64,000 bases of DNA. Origin: Phaeosaccion multiseriatum (lineage: Eukaryota; Protista; Ochrophyta, other classes). Below, one piece after another: positions 60,436 to 64,000 of this stretch; the stretch's first letter is position 1; every line of letters starts with the position of its first letter. The notes below the pieces were generated by a model, which had not been told where the DNA came from, did not search any database, and was given only the letters and a program-made list of their open reading frames with translations. The DNA is taken from assembly GCA_965112735.1 (NCBI GenBank), contig OZ218950.1:310001-374000 (forward strand), given 5' to 3'. Position numbers and translations under genes: made by a program.

Positions 60436-62402
60436 TCACCTTCTGACAGACATGTCGAGGGTGCCGAGAGACTTGTCGGCATGTGGGCCCCACTGGGACA
60501 CTGTGGGCTGCTCCTGGGGCTGCTGTATCACCATTTGCTGCTGTTTCTGTGGCTGGGGCTGCTGTATCACCAACTGCTGCTGTTTCTGTGGCTGGGGCTG
60601 CTGCCCAGTGTCACGTCTTTCTGTGAACGCTTTTGCGATGCATTCATTGCGGTGCAGTGTGCGGCTGTGGAGGGACGAAGAGAAAGAAGAAGGGTTTCTC
60701 CTTACTGATTTAGAGTACTGTGCTGGAAAACGTAACTGACACTTGGAGAAGACCCTCAAGTCTACGATTTCCCTCTCTGGTTCCGTCAGTGCTGTAAACA
60801 AAAGGCTTGCTACTCACCCCCTCGCATACGTCCTTCCTCTCCTCTCCTCTCCTCTCCTCTCCCCCCCTCTATCTACTATCACTACACAGCCGCTCACTTC
60901 TGTAGTGCCCGAGAAGGCGCTTCCTTCACCTTCTCTCCTGCCTGCTCTCTCCCCTCCTAATTGCAGTGTCCCTCCCTCACGACGCCTGTCCCCTGTCCCC
61001 TATCCGTCGGTCTGTCGGTCTGTCTGTCGGGCGGTCCCCTTCCGCCGCTGCCTTGTGAGCGAGCCCACAAGTAAAGCAAACATGCACGCACGCACGCATC
61101 CATACATACATACACCATTGTTCACCTCACGTGCTGCTCTCGAATGAGACACGCAAGGCAAAGCAAGAGGGGCCATCGACTACCTTCTATGGCCCCTCCT
61201 CTCGACACGTACCCATACACGCACGCACCTACGCCCCCACGCACCCACACACGCGAACAGTACCGTCGGTTACCATTCACTTGACTTGATCAACCTTCGC
61301 CCAACCATTCACTCCCTCCCTCCCTCACTCTCTGACTCACTCACTCACTCACCCATCCTTGGCTTCTCAGCAGACAGAGCTTGAGCGAAGCAAGTGACAA
61401 ATCTTCATAAAGTCCTTGTCGTCTGTGGAGAGAGAGGAAGTAAGGGAGGGAGGGAGGGAGGGAGGGAGGGAGGGAGGGAGGGAGGGAGGGAGGGAGGGAG
61501 GGAGGGAGGGAGGGAGGGAGGGAGGGAGGGAGGGAGGGAGAGAGCACGCGGCCCAGCCACCTTAGTAAGTAAGCCTGAGTCGTTGACTTGGTTCCGTTGA
61601 TTTAGCAGCTCGTCAACAGCCTGTTCGTTGACTTGGTTTCCTTTGCTTACCCGGGTCGAGGTACCCGTGGCGGACGGCAAAGTCGATAACCACGAGGGCG
61701 GAGTTTGGCTTCCAATCAGGGAGGGAGTGCGTGAGGGAGTCAAGCACGTGTTCGAAGGACAACAGAGAGAAACCGTCCACTTCGCCGTCGCCGTTGAAGG
61801 GTACGAACTGAAGGGGGTGGTGGTGGTGGGGGGGTGATTCGTTGGTTGATTGATTGGTCGATTGATTGATTGATTGCAGGGAGGAGGGGGAGAGTAAGAG
61901 GCAGTTGTGATATGAAGGGCAGTTCAGTGTAGAGGTCAGTTTCAGTTCCAGATTATTCTATCCGCCCTCCACCCCGCCCCAACACCAGCCACGATTGTTA
62001 ACAATCAAGAGGTCGATACTGACATCGATATCACAAGTATGGTACCTTTCGATTCTTCAATCCACGGTAGCGTCTCACCACATCGGCTGCCATCTGTCAT
62101 CAGTCTTCCTGCCCGCGCCCCCACAGCCGTCATGAGGCTAGTTTTTCTATTTTTGACACCAACCGCTGTACCACCAACCGCCTCACCTCTGGGTCCAGCT
62201 TGAGGTCGTAAGTCATGAGAATCTTGGTGCTGAGGCCCTTGCGAGTGGCATAACGGTAGGACACCAATCCTGCCATATGGAGCATGTTGTCGAGGAGAAG
62301 CGGCAAGGAAAGGGGGCGGGCAAGCGAGGCAGCAAGCTCATCAAGCCGCCAAAGCCCAAATGCTGGTGCTTTGGTCTTGCTTGTGGAGAGAGAGACCAAC
62401 AT
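60436..62402 (-). other. Possible multi-exon hypothetical gene or decayed gene fragments
   Basis: Protein-like open segments (62130-62402, ~61560-61810, ~61350-61420, 60436-60801) separated by microsatellite-containing intron-like tracts. No consistent splice path established. Confidence 0.3.
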
Positions 62403-62539
62403 CGGCGCTGCCCCTCCTGATGGTGTGACTTCAGGTACAGGGTTGAATTTACGATTTACCTCCGAAAGTCAGTTTCCAGGCCTTGTATGGGGATGGAGTT
62501 CGATTCGATAATGCCATTGGGGGCGCAACGAGTACAACG

Positions 62540-62994
62540 ATGGAGGGCTTTAGCATTTCGCAGGAGCAGTACGACGACTGCCGCACCCTCGTCAACGCAG
62601 CGGAGAAGGAGCGGATTCAAGGGGAAGCGCTTCTTCAAGTAGGGGCGGATGGTGGATAGCAGCGAGGACGAGAGCAGCGAAGAGGATAGCAGCGAAGAGG
62701 AGAGCAGAGAGGAAGGAGAGAACTTGGGAAGGAAGAATAGCTCAGAGGTCGGAGGCGAGGGAAGCAGAACTACAACCAGCCGGTGAGGGCGACGGTGGTG
62801 CATGAGGCGAAGCAAAAGCTTCTGAACAAAGACGGCAAGGAAACCTTCTGTGCTGTATGCAACGACAATGACAAGCCCGGGACCATCATCCTCTGCCGCA
62901 ATGAGGACACGTGCGGAAAAGAGTACCACGTTCGTTGCTTAGGGTTGGAAAAAGACCGAGAGAGAGGTCATGGACATGTCCCGAGTGCGCGTAG
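62540..62994 (+). pseudogene. Disrupted acidic-tract + PHD-finger ORF
   Basis: CAVC..IILC..C..YHVRC then, after a frameshift in an (AG)n run, SWTCPECA*, giving a C4HC3 PHD. Upstream stops and frameshifts are present. Confidence 0.6.
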
Positions 62995-63255
62995 GAGGGC
63001 ACAGCTCGGTAGTAGTAGTATCTATTTTTTCTTGCCTTGCTTGTCCTGCGAGTTAGCCCAATGGACCCCCCACCTTCTGAGCATACCCCAGCGTCAGGTG
63101 ACCCAGGGGGGGGTGAGGGGGGATTGTTACGGCCTAGCCTAGAACCGCCGGCCTAGGGAGAAACAATGGCCGGCATAAAGCGGCCAACGGTTTAGTTTAT
63201 GGTCTTCAGTCTGGAGCCGAGAAGTGAGAAAAGGGGGAAAAGGCTCGGCCCTATA

Positions 63256-63649
63256 CCCTAACCCCAAATTTATGGTCATAGAAATGGGACATTATTTTTT
63301 CGAAGGGCCAAAATCGAGGTTTCCGACCGTCATTTTTTTGCGTCCTTGGAGTGAGCATTAGAGCTCATTCTTGACTACACCTCCACGTGCGGATGATGCA
63401 ATCACTGGTCGCGTCGTCATTTGAGGGCGATGCAAAAAACAGGCTAATGTCATATTCTCGTCGGCGCCTCACGCGACGAAGGCATCAGTGGATTGCATCA
63501 TCCACACGTGGAGACGTAGTTGAGAGTGAGCTCAAACTCCAATTCTAAGGACGAAAAAAAATGACCGTCGGAAACCTCGATTCCGGCCCTTCGAAAAAAT
63601 AATGTCCCATTTCTATGACCTTAACTGTATGACATTATCGGGGTTAGGG
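63256..63649. mobile_element. 394-bp palindromic MITE, termini CCCTAACCCC/GGGGTTAGGG, 3-bp TSD ATA
   Basis: ~150-bp imperfect internal inverted arms. ATA at 63253-63255 and 63650-63652. The empty site aligns gap-free with the paralogous site at ~50162-50184. Confidence 0.88.
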
Positions 63650-63652
63650 ATA

Positions 63653-64000
63653 AACGGAAACGGAAACTAAATCGCATGTTCCTGGGCTCCTCCCTTCTTC
63701 CCATCCCTAACTTCAGACGGTGGCGCGGACTTGTTGGAAGCGTTCGAGTTGGCGTAACAAGCATTCGTTTGGTTCTCGAGTACCCTGGTGTCGTTACCAC
63801 TTGGGCCAGGCGCTTGGGAACCCCCTTATGTCTTCAGACTGAAGCATTCAATTTTCACTCCTCGTCAGGATTAGTAAGACCCTGTTTCTCAGGTGGATCG
63901 AGAGAGACAGTGAAAGAGCAGACGCAGTGGATGGACTTGAAGCCCCTTATGCCCTAAGTTGGATTTGGACCTGTTGAAGAAACGCAAAGGAGGTGCAAGG
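63653..64000 (+). repeat. Third copy of the zinc-finger-gene upstream region; a further array gene probably begins just past the window
   Basis: Near-identical to ~45885-46255 and ~50175-50540. Confidence 0.88.

Noticed and set aside
63256-63265. Telomere or interstitial telomeric array
   Set aside because: Only one unit at each end, arranged as the TIRs of a TSD-flanked element.

Overview
Eukaryotic, intron-rich, microsatellite-laden DNA, most likely a photosynthetic stramenopile (inferred from a bipartite plastid-targeting presequence and WRKY19-like Cys3His finger arrays). 1-45 kb holds compact housekeeping genes: a Sec14-PX-DUF1336 fusion, a sulfotransferase-like gene, PP2C, an OSR1/SPAK-like kinase, a selenocysteine GPx, a WD40 protein, a PlsC-like acyltransferase, a two-pore channel, a thioredoxin-UBA-ZnF-PUB fusion and PSMA5. 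45-64 kb is a tandemly duplicated accessory block of CxVEGCxK-x4-GGLCxxHG zinc-finger-array genes. The main discovery is a CRE-like, restriction-like-endonuclease non-LTR retrotransposon (about 2,120 aa with C2H2, two RING fingers, RT, CCHC and RLE). It has inserted three independent times at the same nucleotide (GAGGGGTGCGAGA^AGCA) inside protein-coding zinc-finger repeats, always antisense, with target-site duplications and no poly(A). Its 3' UTR carries a textbook spliceosomal intron on the host-sense strand. Also present: two TSD-flanked MITEs and two strongly over-represented dispersed ~14-bp motifs, one of which recurs in coding DNA regardless of frame or strand. Exon boundaries were read by eye and no database searches were run.
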